The notes beneath the pieces were generated by a model, which did no database searches, was not told the DNA's origin, and saw only the letters and a list, made by a program, of their open reading frames with translations. Made by a program: the position numbers and the translations under genes. Positions 33,123-42,266 of a stretch of 64,000 nt of DNA are shown piece after piece. This DNA comes from a virus (taxonomy: Duplodnaviria; Caudoviricetes). The stretch is taken from positions 17,367 through 81,366 of IMG/VR virus record IMGVR_UViG_3300027769_000026, one strand, 5' to 3'. Numbering within the stretch: position 1 is the stretch's first letter; each line of letters starts with the position of its first letter.

Positions 33123-35618
33123 ATGGCAAGACCAAATAACACATCAGATAGAGGAACAGTAGCACCAGCGTTCCGCGATGGCAACAGCGGACAGAACAAC
33201 AATGCATTTGGTTTTTACACAGCCAAAGTAATGAACAACATTGATGCTCTTAAATTAAATCGTGTGCAAATACACGTTCCGGCATTTGGTGGTCTTGAAA
33301 CAGATTCAAAAAGTTGGCTAACAGCTCGTCCAATGTCACCGCACGGTGGAGTCACACCCAACACTGGTAACCAAACAGATTTTGAAAAAGTGCAGAAAGC
33401 ATATGGTACATTTACGCCTGCACCAGACATAGGAAGCACAGTCACAGTTGCATTTCTAGATGGCAATGTCAACCAACCTGTCATCGTTGGATCCTTGTTT
33501 CAGGACAACCTTATACATTCATTGCCGGGCATTGGCACAGGAAAATACAAAGACAAGAATGGAAACATAGTTGAAGGTCCTGTAACAGAACACAATCATT
33601 CTACCCAGACTGATGTACCAACAGAAAGAGTGCGGCACAGGACACTTGATGATGCAATCAAAAAGCAAGGACTAGACCGAGATCCTTACCGCGGTCCGTC
33701 TACCAGTTCAAGTCAGCGCGAAAGCCCAAGTCGTGTGCATGGTATGTTAACACGAGGTCAGCAACAGTTTGTCATGGACGATGGAGACGCCGACGGCAAT
33801 AATCGTTTAATACGTCTGCGTACACGTAATGGCGCACAGCTATTGTTGAGCGACAGTTGCGGCTTTGTCTATATCATCAGCAAGGATGGAAACAGTTGGT
33901 TAGAACTTGCAAATGATGGCTCGGTTAGCATATATGGCGCCGACAGTATAAACATTCATTCAGGTAAAGATCTCAATCTGGTTGCACAAGGTGCAGTCAA
34001 TATTGAAGGCAATGATGTCAACATCAAAAGCAGGACCGCAGACATACGCATGGAATCAAAAATGGATTTTCATGCCACATCGCACGGCAGCATGTATCAC
34101 TACAGTGAGAAAAATGCTGACTTGCTGGTCAAGGGCAACTATAAAGAAACAGCACAAAAAATCGACATGAATGGTCCCAAAGCAGAAGAAGCTAAACAGC
34201 CACCCCTGCATGATCTTTCGGTGAACACTGGTTTTCGACAGAGCATTGCCAGCGCCGCGCCTGAAGCTGAACCATGGGGCGGACATGCTGGTTGTGGCGA
34301 CGGGACAAACAAAAACCCAAGTCTTGATTCAGATCAAACTTCAGCGTCGGGAATTCCAGACACAGCTGGTCAACAGGTTGGAAACAACACAGCCAGCGCA
34401 TTGCCTCCTGGTCAACAAACCACCCTGCCGGGCAGTATGTCAGGTTTACCTGGTGTATCTGCAATTGGCGGACAGGCACAAAGCGGCAGCTTGGGCAGTG
34501 TACTTGGTTCGGCAGCACAGCTACCAACTGGCATTGACACACAGGGCGTGCTTGGTGTGCTAGGCGGTGCAACTGCAAATGTACTGGGTGTGCCAAGCAC
34601 AGGGTTCTTGGGAAATCCCAAGGCACAGGCACAGGCAAATCCAGATAGATATGGTGAATATCCAAGTCCTCCTATTTCTAGAGCCAAACCACCCAGCGGT
34701 GGCGGATTTTTACGCGACGGTAGTGGCAATGTGGTCAAAGATGGCCAAGGAAATCCAGTGCGTACTGGCGGCAGTACCGAGGGCGGTACAAGCGAATCAA
34801 CCACACAGCCATCCGCTGGTGGCAACAAAACTGAGTCAGTGCCACCTAGGCCGTCGGACGACAAGAGCTGTGAAAAAGGCCCGTCTACTCCGGCCACTTC
34901 GCTGGATGAATATGGTTGCTTGATGATCTGTTGTTTTGAGTTATACAGGGGCACACCATATAAAGATGGCACTCAAGGATATGCATCCATTGGATATGGT
35001 CGTTTGATGTCTGAGAAATCTGAACCTTTTGTTGCAAAAGGACACGACGAAGGTCAGGGCGGCATCACCGAAGCAGAAGCATGGGCAGGACTACAGCGTT
35101 ACAAGAGCACATACGAAGCAGGTGTAAATCGTCTAAGCGGCGGCCGACCAATACCACAAAATGTGTTCAATGGTATATGCAGTTTCTTGTATCAGAACGG
35201 ACAAAATCGTACTACTGCGAATGGACAAGATCTTAAACAGTTGATATCTGCAGGCAATTGGGCCAAAGTAGCACAAGCAATCCAAGGACACGGCGGTGAC
35301 CGCCATAGAAGAGCACTAGAAGCACAGCTGATCGTGAACGGCTGTTATCCATTCCAGATTGTTAGCAAAGGTTCTGCCAGAATACGAGAAGAGAAAACAC
35401 TCGAAGGAATTCGAGCACTTGGCGGAGCATTGAAGTCTCCAGGCGGCGTAAACGGCAATCGAGGATATAATTTTGCCACACACGGTAATAGTCCACGTGC
35501 AACGCCAAACCAAATCACACAAAACCAAGCAAGTCGTTTGTTGAGAATCTATGCTGGAGATACTCGTCCAGCTGTAGCGGATGCCGCTAAACGATTGCTC
35601 GGGCAGGGCGGCGGTTGA
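33123..35618 (+). CDS. gp5: Central spike gp5/VgrG-like protein with C-terminal GH24-like lysozyme
   Basis: OB-fold (RVQIHVP...W...P.IGS.V.V.F.DG...PV..G), beta-helix (IRLRT..G.Q.LL.D....YI), EPW..H, low-complexity linker, FE...PYKD....SIGYG...QN.F....SF.Y..G muramidase motifs. Confidence 0.85.
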   Translation: MARPNNTSDRGTVAPAFRDGNSGQNNNAFGFYTAKVMNNIDALKLNRVQIHVPAFGGLETDSKSWLTARPMSPHGGVTPNTGNQTDFEKVQKAYGTFTPAPDIGSTVTVAFLDGNVNQPVIVGSLFQDNLIHSLPGIGTGKYKDKNGNIVEGPVTEHNHSTQTDVPTERVRHRTLDDAIKKQGLDRDPYRGPSTSSSQRESPSRVHGMLTRGQQQFVMDDGDADGNNRLIRLRTRNGAQLLLSDSCGFVYIISKDGNSWLELANDGSVSIYGADSINIHSGKDLNLVAQGAVNIEGNDVNIKSRTADIRMESKMDFHATSHGSMYHYSEKNADLLVKGNYKETAQKIDMNGPKAEEAKQPPLHDLSVNTGFRQSIASAAPEAEPWGGHAGCGDGTNKNPSLDSDQTSASGIPDTAGQQVGNNTASALPPGQQTTLPGSMSGLPGVSAIGGQAQSGSLGSVLGSAAQLPTGIDTQGVLGVLGGATANVLGVPSTGFLGNPKAQAQANPDRYGEYPSPPISRAKPPSGGGFLRDGSGNVVKDGQGNPVRTGGSTEGGTSESTTQPSAGGNKTESVPPRPSDDKSCEKGPSTPATSLDEYGCLMICCFELYRGTPYKDGTQGYASIGYGRLMSEKSEPFVAKGHDEGQGGITEAEAWAGLQRYKSTYEAGVNRLSGGRPIPQNVFNGICSFLYQNGQNRTTANGQDLKQLISAGNWAKVAQAIQGHGGDRHRRALEAQLIVNGCYPFQIVSKGSARIREEKTLEGIRALGGALKSPGGVNGNRGYNFATHGNSPRATPNQITQNQASRLLRIYAGDTRPAVADAAKRLLGQGGG

Positions 35619-35993
35619 TCAGATACTGTGAGGATCAGGTAGTTCATGTGAATGCTGTAAACGCAATATGAACTCCTGCTCTCGTGTTAAGAACAGCGCA
35701 ATACGTACACGGCGGTCGAGAGTGAATGGATCACGATGTGAGGCTATCATTACCTCTACAACATCCTCGCTTCTAATAAATTCTCCAATCCAAGACGAGT
35801 GAATGCCATGTGATATAACTTCATGTGGTTCATCCATATCCATTGCTATAATAGTCAGCACATGCACGAACCTCCCTTGGAAGGGAGGAATTGAGTGCTC
35901 ACGGATCTTTAATTTTAGTGGTACATCTCTTTCAAAATTCCACCACTTGCTGGTATTGTTGTATGCCAAATTAGATCTTTTCTCCTGCTTCAA
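35619..35993 (-). CDS. Hypothetical protein downstream of the ligase (start uncertain, possibly TTG near 35969)
   Basis: Fills the gap between ligase and gp5 in ligase orientation; AGGAG upstream. Confidence 0.5.
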   Translation of the reverse strand: MKQEKRSNLAYNNTSKWWNFERDVPLKLKIREHSIPPFQGRFVHVLTIIAMDMDEPHEVISHGIHSSWIGEFIRSEDVVEVMIASHRDPFTLDRRVRIALFLTREQEFILRLQHSHELPDPHSI

Positions 35994-37278
35994 AACCGCG
36001 GAAGCCCTTGAACCGTGGAAAGCGCAGGCTGTAAGAACCGTCTTGATTTTGAGTCACTGCATCGGCACGTACCTCTACTAAATGACCCAGTACCTTAGTA
36101 CGATCAGTCCAGACAGCGTCACGTAGGTCATCGCTAAATCCGCTACCACAATTAGTTTTGATTGTTTTCCCATCGTCTTCACCTTCTAGCACCAGTGCTC
36201 CAAGTCGTCCTACGTTCTTGCCGGTACCTTCTTCTATATCTATCACCTTGAGGCTGACTTCGATAAAAGGCTTTTGCTTGAGCCATGCCACACTGCGTTT
36301 GCATTCGTAGTGAGCCGCAGGATCCTTGATCATGATTCCTTCGTATCCGTCGGCAATGGCCTTGACATTGATCTCACGAAAACGTGCAACGCCTTCCTTG
36401 CTGGACAAATTGACATGTTCATATCCCAGTGTACGAACATTGGCCATTGCAAATGCATCAATGAAACCCTTCAGCATGTTGCTACGATTTAACTGAGCTA
36501 CTTCACTTTTTCCTGCTTGGAAATCAGTCAAAGGCAACCAATCAAACAAGTATAGAACAGCATCCTGTGCATTGACATCGCTTTTGCGATGTACCTGCCG
36601 CATGAGGTCCTGGAATGAGCTAGACATGACCTCTCCGTCAAACACAGTGGGTTCACTGAGTGAACCAGCAATGCTGGCAAATTGTGCCTTGATATGCGGA
36701 AAGTTAACCAGCTCTTTGCCGTTGCGGCTGTACTGATCAACGCGACCATCTGGGTAAACCACAGTGAGCACACGCACTCCGTCCAGCTTGACTTCAATCA
36801 GCTTGTTGCCGGTTACCTTGCTTTCGTGGTTGGCACCGTCATGTGCCAGCTGGCATTCAAACAGCGGAATAGAAAACTTAGGAAACTTCTTGGCGGTCAC
36901 ACGATTGATGGTACCTTCAGTGGCACCACAGCGCATGTCCTTGAGCAGGATGCGTCGATACCAGCCGTTCCATTCTGCCACCGTGGCACGAGCCATTGCC
37001 GCTTCCAGTGCGTCCCTTGCGGCATTGCCTGTCAGCTCACGCTGGCCCAGTTTACGTGCAAGCTCACAAAAATCTGCAAACGTAAAGGTGCCGGTTTGAT
37101 TGGGAGTGAGTTTTTCAGGTACCTGCTTGACACCAAATGTGATCATTGGGTCATATGCCATACGGAAGCCATCAAACAGTTCTGTATTACCAGCTTCGGC
37201 TTCACGAAGCACAATGGCTTCTTTTGCCAACTTTGAGCTGGTAAGTGACAGCTCGTCAATGATTTTGTAGCAAGGCAT
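35971..37278 (-). CDS. lig: ATP-dependent DNA ligase (start reassigned to MPCYK)
   Basis: Motif I EVKLDGVR, III FDGE, IIIa FD.L, IV EGIMIK, V W.K.K, VI SLRFPRF; SD AGAGGA. Confidence 0.95.
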   Translation of the reverse strand: MPCYKIIDELSLTSSKLAKEAIVLREAEAGNTELFDGFRMAYDPMITFGVKQVPEKLTPNQTGTFTFADFCELARKLGQRELTGNAARDALEAAMARATVAEWNGWYRRILLKDMRCGATEGTINRVTAKKFPKFSIPLFECQLAHDGANHESKVTGNKLIEVKLDGVRVLTVVYPDGRVDQYSRNGKELVNFPHIKAQFASIAGSLSEPTVFDGEVMSSSFQDLMRQVHRKSDVNAQDAVLYLFDWLPLTDFQAGKSEVAQLNRSNMLKGFIDAFAMANVRTLGYEHVNLSSKEGVARFREINVKAIADGYEGIMIKDPAAHYECKRSVAWLKQKPFIEVSLKVIDIEEGTGKNVGRLGALVLEGEDDGKTIKTNCGSGFSDDLRDAVWTDRTKVLGHLVEVRADAVTQNQDGSYSLRFPRFKGFRGFEAGEKI

Positions 37279-37308
37279 ATTGGATCCTCTGTGTGTTAAC
37301 GTACCATT

Positions 37309-37341
37309 ATTATAGCACATTTTGAGTCCTTGTCAACCTCT
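37309..37341 (-). promoter_or_regulatory. Sigma70 promoter for the ligase
   Basis: AGAGG-TTGACA (37336-31), 16 nt, TG.TATAAT (37314-09); shares the 11-mer AGAGGTTGACA with the gp55 promoter. Confidence 0.85.
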
Positions 37342-37387
37342 AAAATGTCGTATAAAAACAACAACTTAGTGGTGCTGTAAAAGCATC

Positions 37388-37395
37388 TATAAATA
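37388..37395 (+). promoter_or_regulatory. T4-consensus late promoter TATAAATA
   Basis: Exact match, followed by hairpin GGACA-CGAAT-TGTCC and SD AGGAG. Confidence 0.75.
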
Positions 37396-37432
37396 CAAAC
37401 GGACACGAATTGTCCAATTTAGGAGAAATAAC

Positions 37433-37750
37433 ATGGCATACGTCATAAAGAGAGTAACGACTCGCGCAAACGCAAATCGTCCTTTCGCACTTGGATCTCC
37501 GCGCCTTCGCGCAAATCCAGAGTTTCAGAAGTTTTTTGAACTTCGCAAAAATGCGCCAGGCTTCCTGGGCATGACTCGCACACTAAGCGACGATAAACTG
37601 ACAGTCACAACCGAAACACGTTGGGAAAGCCAGGCAGCAGCCAAAGCCTTCAGAAACAAGTATCCTCGTTTGTTTCGTAAAGTAATGGGCATGATGGGAC
37701 AATATAATCGCAACAACACAATGCGATCAAGGTCGACAGTAGTGGCATAA
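37433..37750 (+). CDS. Small basic protein with an ABM-like (dimeric alpha-beta barrel) pattern
   Basis: PGFLG......D.......RWES..A...F pattern; R/K-rich; strong SD. Confidence 0.6.
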   Translation: MAYVIKRVTTRANANRPFALGSPRLRANPEFQKFFELRKNAPGFLGMTRTLSDDKLTVTTETRWESQAAAKAFRNKYPRLFRKVMGMMGQYNRNNTMRSRSTVVA

Positions 37751-37794
37751 TAAGCTATACTCTTTAGATAGCTTATCTAAAGTAGGGTAATATT

Positions 37795-38331
37795 TTGAGT
37801 GACACACTTTTGCTAAATCAAGATGGGCGGCCGCTGAGAATGTTGCCCCCATCTACCTTAAACTGGCAAGATGCCGTCAAGGCTCTTTGGCTGGACAAAG
37901 TAGTTGTGATCAAAAATCACGACGACTGGTTCGTGCGAAGCCAAAAATTGGTTCTACCAGTGCCCAGCATTGTAATGACCAAAGATTATGTGCTACCTCA
38001 ACTGGGCGTAAACTTCAACCGTAAAATGGTGTATCTTCGGGACGAGTATACCTGCCAGTACTGCGGATCAGAATTCAACGTAGATGACCTAACACTGGAT
38101 CATGTGATTCCTAAAAGTCTTGGCGGCAAGCTGGATTGGGACAACGTGGTCACAGCATGTACTTCATGCAACTTCATGAAAGGTGCAGATCTGGTCATGC
38201 CGCGCAAAACACCAGCACAACCCAACTACTGGGAAATGGCCCGAAAAGCACGTGCTCACGTGAAATTCACCATGCGTGATCCTGCATGGGCTGAATACAT
38301 CGGCGTGGAGTACAACGACAAGGCCGCATAG
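37795..38331 (+). CDS. HNH endonuclease
   Basis: RD.YTCQYCG......TLDHVIPKS.GG...WDNVVTAC..CN..KG; TTG start. Confidence 0.9.
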   Translation: MSDTLLLNQDGRPLRMLPPSTLNWQDAVKALWLDKVVVIKNHDDWFVRSQKLVLPVPSIVMTKDYVLPQLGVNFNRKMVYLRDEYTCQYCGSEFNVDDLTLDHVIPKSLGGKLDWDNVVTACTSCNFMKGADLVMPRKTPAQPNYWEMARKARAHVKFTMRDPAWAEYIGVEYNDKAA

Positions 38332-38382
38332 GACTCATTTCTCTTCTGCAGATAATTAACAGTATAAGCAGAGGAGCATGTC

Positions 38383-38622
38383 ATGATAAACATGGAAATT
38401 GAGTACGAAGATTGTGCATTGGTATTGAAGCCAGGCGGCGGGATTGAAGTATACTGCCCGCCAGAAGCTTCCACACAAGCAAACGTAAAAATGCTACGTT
38501 CTATACTGATTGCCTTGGTACAATCAGTATCGGATTCTGCTGATATCCCAAAATTGCTTGAAGAAATTGAGCAGAACATCCAGATAGGCGTAGATACCAC
38601 GCAGAGGCGTATTTTGCATTAA
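38383..38622 (+). CDS. Hypothetical protein
   Basis: 79 aa, SD GAGGAG 6 nt upstream. Confidence 0.65.
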   Translation: MINMEIEYEDCALVLKPGGGIEVYCPPEASTQANVKMLRSILIALVQSVSDSADIPKLLEEIEQNIQIGVDTTQRRILH

Positions 38623-38675
38623 CAGCTCGGTTTTTGTCGCCAATAAATAGGTAGTGAAGGAAACAAACTACCAAC

Positions 38676-39056
38676 ATGGCAACATTCAAGGGTTATTCTA
38701 GTCTAGCAGGCGAATTCAGTGAACCTGCTCTTTTTGACAAAGAGCTGGCACGTCGTGACCTGCTGAATCATTTTTACACACGTCGTGGTGAACGCCTTAT
38801 GTCTCCTTTGTATGGCAGTGTCATTTGGGACATACTGTTTGAGCCCATGACAGAAGAACAACAAGAAATTATTTTTAGCGATGCACAACGAATCGTCGGA
38901 CAAGATCCGCGCTGGAAACTCAAAGAAGCCAGCATTCGAAGTGACACTGTTGGACAAACCATATACCTAGACATGCTTCTAACTTATGTTCCTAGCACGT
39001 CCGAAGAAACGCTTACTGTAGCGTTTGAAACAAATACCAGAGGAAATAATCCATGA
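38676..39056 (+). CDS. gp25: Baseplate wedge protein (gp25/GPW family)
   Basis: D.EL..RDLLNHF.TR.GERLM.P.YG....LFEP......DPR. Confidence 0.9.
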   Translation: MATFKGYSSLAGEFSEPALFDKELARRDLLNHFYTRRGERLMSPLYGSVIWDILFEPMTEEQQEIIFSDAQRIVGQDPRWKLKEASIRSDTVGQTIYLDMLLTYVPSTSEETLTVAFETNTRGNNP

Positions 39057-42000
39057 GCGATGCAATCAGACAAAGTAAACTCTTTGCCGCAGAAAACTGG
39101 AAAGTTGTTGCGCAGAGTTTCCGCAATGCTGAATTTAAGAGTTACGATTTTGATACCCTCAGAACAGCAATGTTGGATATTATCAAACGCAACTATCCAG
39201 AAGATTTCAATGACTATATTCAGAGTTCTGAATTTGTTGCGCTCATTGACTTAATTGCATTCGTGGGACAGAACCTTAGTTTTCGTAATGACCTGAACAG
39301 CCGAGAAGCATTCCTTGACACAGCAGAACGCCGCGACAGTATTCTCAAGCTGGCCCGTCAGCTGAGTTATCAGCCAAGGCGAAGCCGCAATGCAGTTGGC
39401 TATCTAAAAATCAAAAGTGCAAGCACCAGTGAAACAATACTGGACAGCTTGGGCAATGATCTTTCTCGCCAGACTGTTTACTGGACAGCCACCACAGACA
39501 CTGATGCATACGAAAAATTTGTTCTTGTGATGAATACTGCATTGAATCCTGCCACACAGTTTGGTAGCCCTGAAGTTGTGTTTACATCTACAGGTGGACA
39601 GATTGCACAATATGGATTCTCTTCTACTTTCAGTGACTTTCCTTTGATAAGTTTCAATACCAATGTTGGCGGAAAGTCAACGGAATTTGAGTTGCTGTGT
39701 GCTAGATTGCTAGACAATGGTGGCATTGAAGAAAATACACCAAGCATTGGAGGTCCTTTCAATGTAATTTACAAAAATGATGGCTTGGGTAATCTTTCAC
39801 CTAACACGGGTTTCTTCATGTTGGTTAAACAGGGAACACTGTCGAGATATGATTACATCATTGATTCCCCGCTGATCAATCGAGTGATTGATATTCCGGC
39901 AACCAATGTTACCGAAAATGATATTTGGGTGCAAAGCATCAACGAGGCAGGAGAAGTTCTTGCACAATGGCAACGTGTACCGTCTACCAATGGCAGCAAT
40001 TTGTACATCAATGATCTTGGCAATGAAGAGCGCAACATCTACGAAGTATTGACAGGCAACAACGATGCTATCAGCATCAAGTTTGCTGATGGAAATTTTG
40101 GTAATATCCCAATAGGATTGATACGTGTGATTGTTCGCACTGGCAATGGCCTATCATATACCATTAAACCATCTGCAATGAAAGCATTGACGTTTGCTAT
40201 TCCATACACCAGCAAATCAAATCAACAACATACTCTTACGATCACATGTGATCTTGATTATGCTGTAACCAATGCAGAAACAGCAGACAGCATTGAAGAT
40301 GTCAGAACAAAAGCGCCGGCATATTATTATGCACAGGACCGCATGATAACTGGCCAAGACTATGCCAGTTATCCAATGACAGTTAGTCCAGGCATTCTGA
40401 AGATCAAGAGTATCAATCGCGTACACAGCGGTATGAGTAGATACATCCAGGACAAGGATCCTACTGGTACATACAACGATGTTGATATTTTTGGAACTGA
40501 TGGCTTTGTCTATAGAGAAGATATTTCTATTAGACATGAGTTTCCTTATCCAAGCGGAAGCAAACGTGTGATTGACATCATTGGCGATGTTGAATCCATG
40601 CTGTCAGATCAAGACTTGGTTAATTTTTACTACAAGAACTATCCAAATATTTCTTTTGCCAACAAGCCAGCATATTTCAATAGAGTTGGTAGAGGCACAA
40701 ACTACTGTCATGGATTCTTTACCAATAGCTTTGGGCTTGACCTTGATGCAATTATCAGAATTGGTGGCGCATCTGCAGATGCTGTATACAAGCAGGTACG
40801 CCAAGGTGCAGTAGCATTGGTAGAAGACAGCTCAGACCCTATTAACGGATTGCGTTGGGTTCCAATTGGTAGAATTTACGGCAACGGCCTTGGCGTACAA
40901 GATGAGTATGGTATCAGCACAGGACTAAAGCCCAACGGTGAAGGTGTTGTTATATTGAACAAGGTAATTGCTGACGGCTCAAGAATTGTGAGATTGATAC
41001 CTGCGCATGTTAAAACATTTACAACAGCATTTAGAGAAACTCTTAAATCGTTGCTGGGAAATTTCCAAACATTTGGTATTGCCTACGACTACACAAATTA
41101 CTCTTACAAGATCATCAATGCCGACAACATCAATCAGGGAAATTTTAGTTTAGCAAATGCAGGAAATACCTCAGGACTAGGACTGGATTCTAGTTGGTTG
41201 ATGTATATCACTTATGAAGGAGATCGTTTCGTAGTAAGACAACGTGCCACATCTGTTATTGCAGGTAGCGACAGAAAAGTTCGTTTCTACAACGAAAACT
41301 TTGTAAATTCATTGAGTGCGTCCAGAACCGACAACAGTAACGATACCATCAAGTACATAAACAACAAACAACCAAATGATCCAACGCAATATCTAGCAGA
41401 TGAGCAGTTACTCAGACTGAGCAGGTATTATCGTTATGAAGATGGCTATACAGATCCCACAAAAGTGCAATGCACAGTGGCCGACGTTGACACGGATTTC
41501 TTGCCAGAAAATCCATATGCGTTTGAAGATCTTGTGGGCAATCGTACCATCAGCCTGGGCTGGCGAGAAGAAGGTGGCCTGCGTTTTGAAATGCCAGTCA
41601 ATCCAGCAACAACTCCAGTAAACAGAGTAGTTTCAGGAAGATCATCACTGAGATTCCACTGGCATCATGTGGCATCACGTAAACAAATAATTGATCCATC
41701 GCCTACCAACATAATAGACACGTATGTGTTGTTACAAGGTTACTATGATCAGTATCGCGAGTGGATCAATTCTGGTGGATCACCTACACAGGAACCAGAG
41801 AAACCAACCAGCGACGACCTGATACAAAGATTCCTGTCCTTGAACACACACAAAAGTGTAAGTGATGAAATCATTTACCATCCAGGCAAATTTTTGAATT
41901 TATTTGGTAGTCTGGCCGACAGTAGATATCGCGCCACACTCAAAGTGGTAAAAATGACAGGTGCCAGGATCAGTGACAACGAAATCAAGAGTCGTATACT

Positions 42001-42265
42001 CAAGGCCATGGATGAGTATTTCAATCCCAGTAACTGGGAATTTGGCGAAACTTTTTACTATACTGAATTGGCAGCGTTCATACATAAACAGTTGAGTGGC
42101 AATGTTGCCAGTGTGGTGATTGTACCAACAGTTGAAGCCGCAAGATTTGGTAACCTATTCCAGATAGTACCTAACGAAGATGAAATTTTCTATCATGTGG
42201 CCACAGCAGAGAACATAGAAATTATTTCATCGATCACAGAAACAAATATCAGGGTCAACAATTAA
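39053..42265 (+). CDS. gp6: Baseplate wedge protein (gp6-like)
   Basis: YDFD.LR......NYPE.FND...SSE.......A......FR.DLN.RE.FL.TA.R..S..LA..L.Y.P, Q.RMIT..DY. Confidence 0.88.
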   Translation: MSDAIRQSKLFAAENWKVVAQSFRNAEFKSYDFDTLRTAMLDIIKRNYPEDFNDYIQSSEFVALIDLIAFVGQNLSFRNDLNSREAFLDTAERRDSILKLARQLSYQPRRSRNAVGYLKIKSASTSETILDSLGNDLSRQTVYWTATTDTDAYEKFVLVMNTALNPATQFGSPEVVFTSTGGQIAQYGFSSTFSDFPLISFNTNVGGKSTEFELLCARLLDNGGIEENTPSIGGPFNVIYKNDGLGNLSPNTGFFMLVKQGTLSRYDYIIDSPLINRVIDIPATNVTENDIWVQSINEAGEVLAQWQRVPSTNGSNLYINDLGNEERNIYEVLTGNNDAISIKFADGNFGNIPIGLIRVIVRTGNGLSYTIKPSAMKALTFAIPYTSKSNQQHTLTITCDLDYAVTNAETADSIEDVRTKAPAYYYAQDRMITGQDYASYPMTVSPGILKIKSINRVHSGMSRYIQDKDPTGTYNDVDIFGTDGFVYREDISIRHEFPYPSGSKRVIDIIGDVESMLSDQDLVNFYYKNYPNISFANKPAYFNRVGRGTNYCHGFFTNSFGLDLDAIIRIGGASADAVYKQVRQGAVALVEDSSDPINGLRWVPIGRIYGNGLGVQDEYGISTGLKPNGEGVVILNKVIADGSRIVRLIPAHVKTFTTAFRETLKSLLGNFQTFGIAYDYTNYSYKIINADNINQGNFSLANAGNTSGLGLDSSWLMYITYEGDRFVVRQRATSVIAGSDRKVRFYNENFVNSLSASRTDNSNDTIKYINNKQPNDPTQYLADEQLLRLSRYYRYEDGYTDPTKVQCTVADVDTDFLPENPYAFEDLVGNRTISLGWREEGGLRFEMPVNPATTPVNRVVSGRSSLRFHWHHVASRKQIIDPSPTNIIDTYVLLQGYYDQYREWINSGGSPTQEPEKPTSDDLIQRFLSLNTHKSVSDEIIYHPGKFLNLFGSLADSRYRATLKVVKMTGARISDNEIKSRILKAMDEYFNPSNWEFGETFYYTELAAFIHKQLSGNVASVVIVPTVEAARFGNLFQIVPNEDEIFYHVATAENIEIISSITETNIRVNN

Positions 42266-42266
42266 G

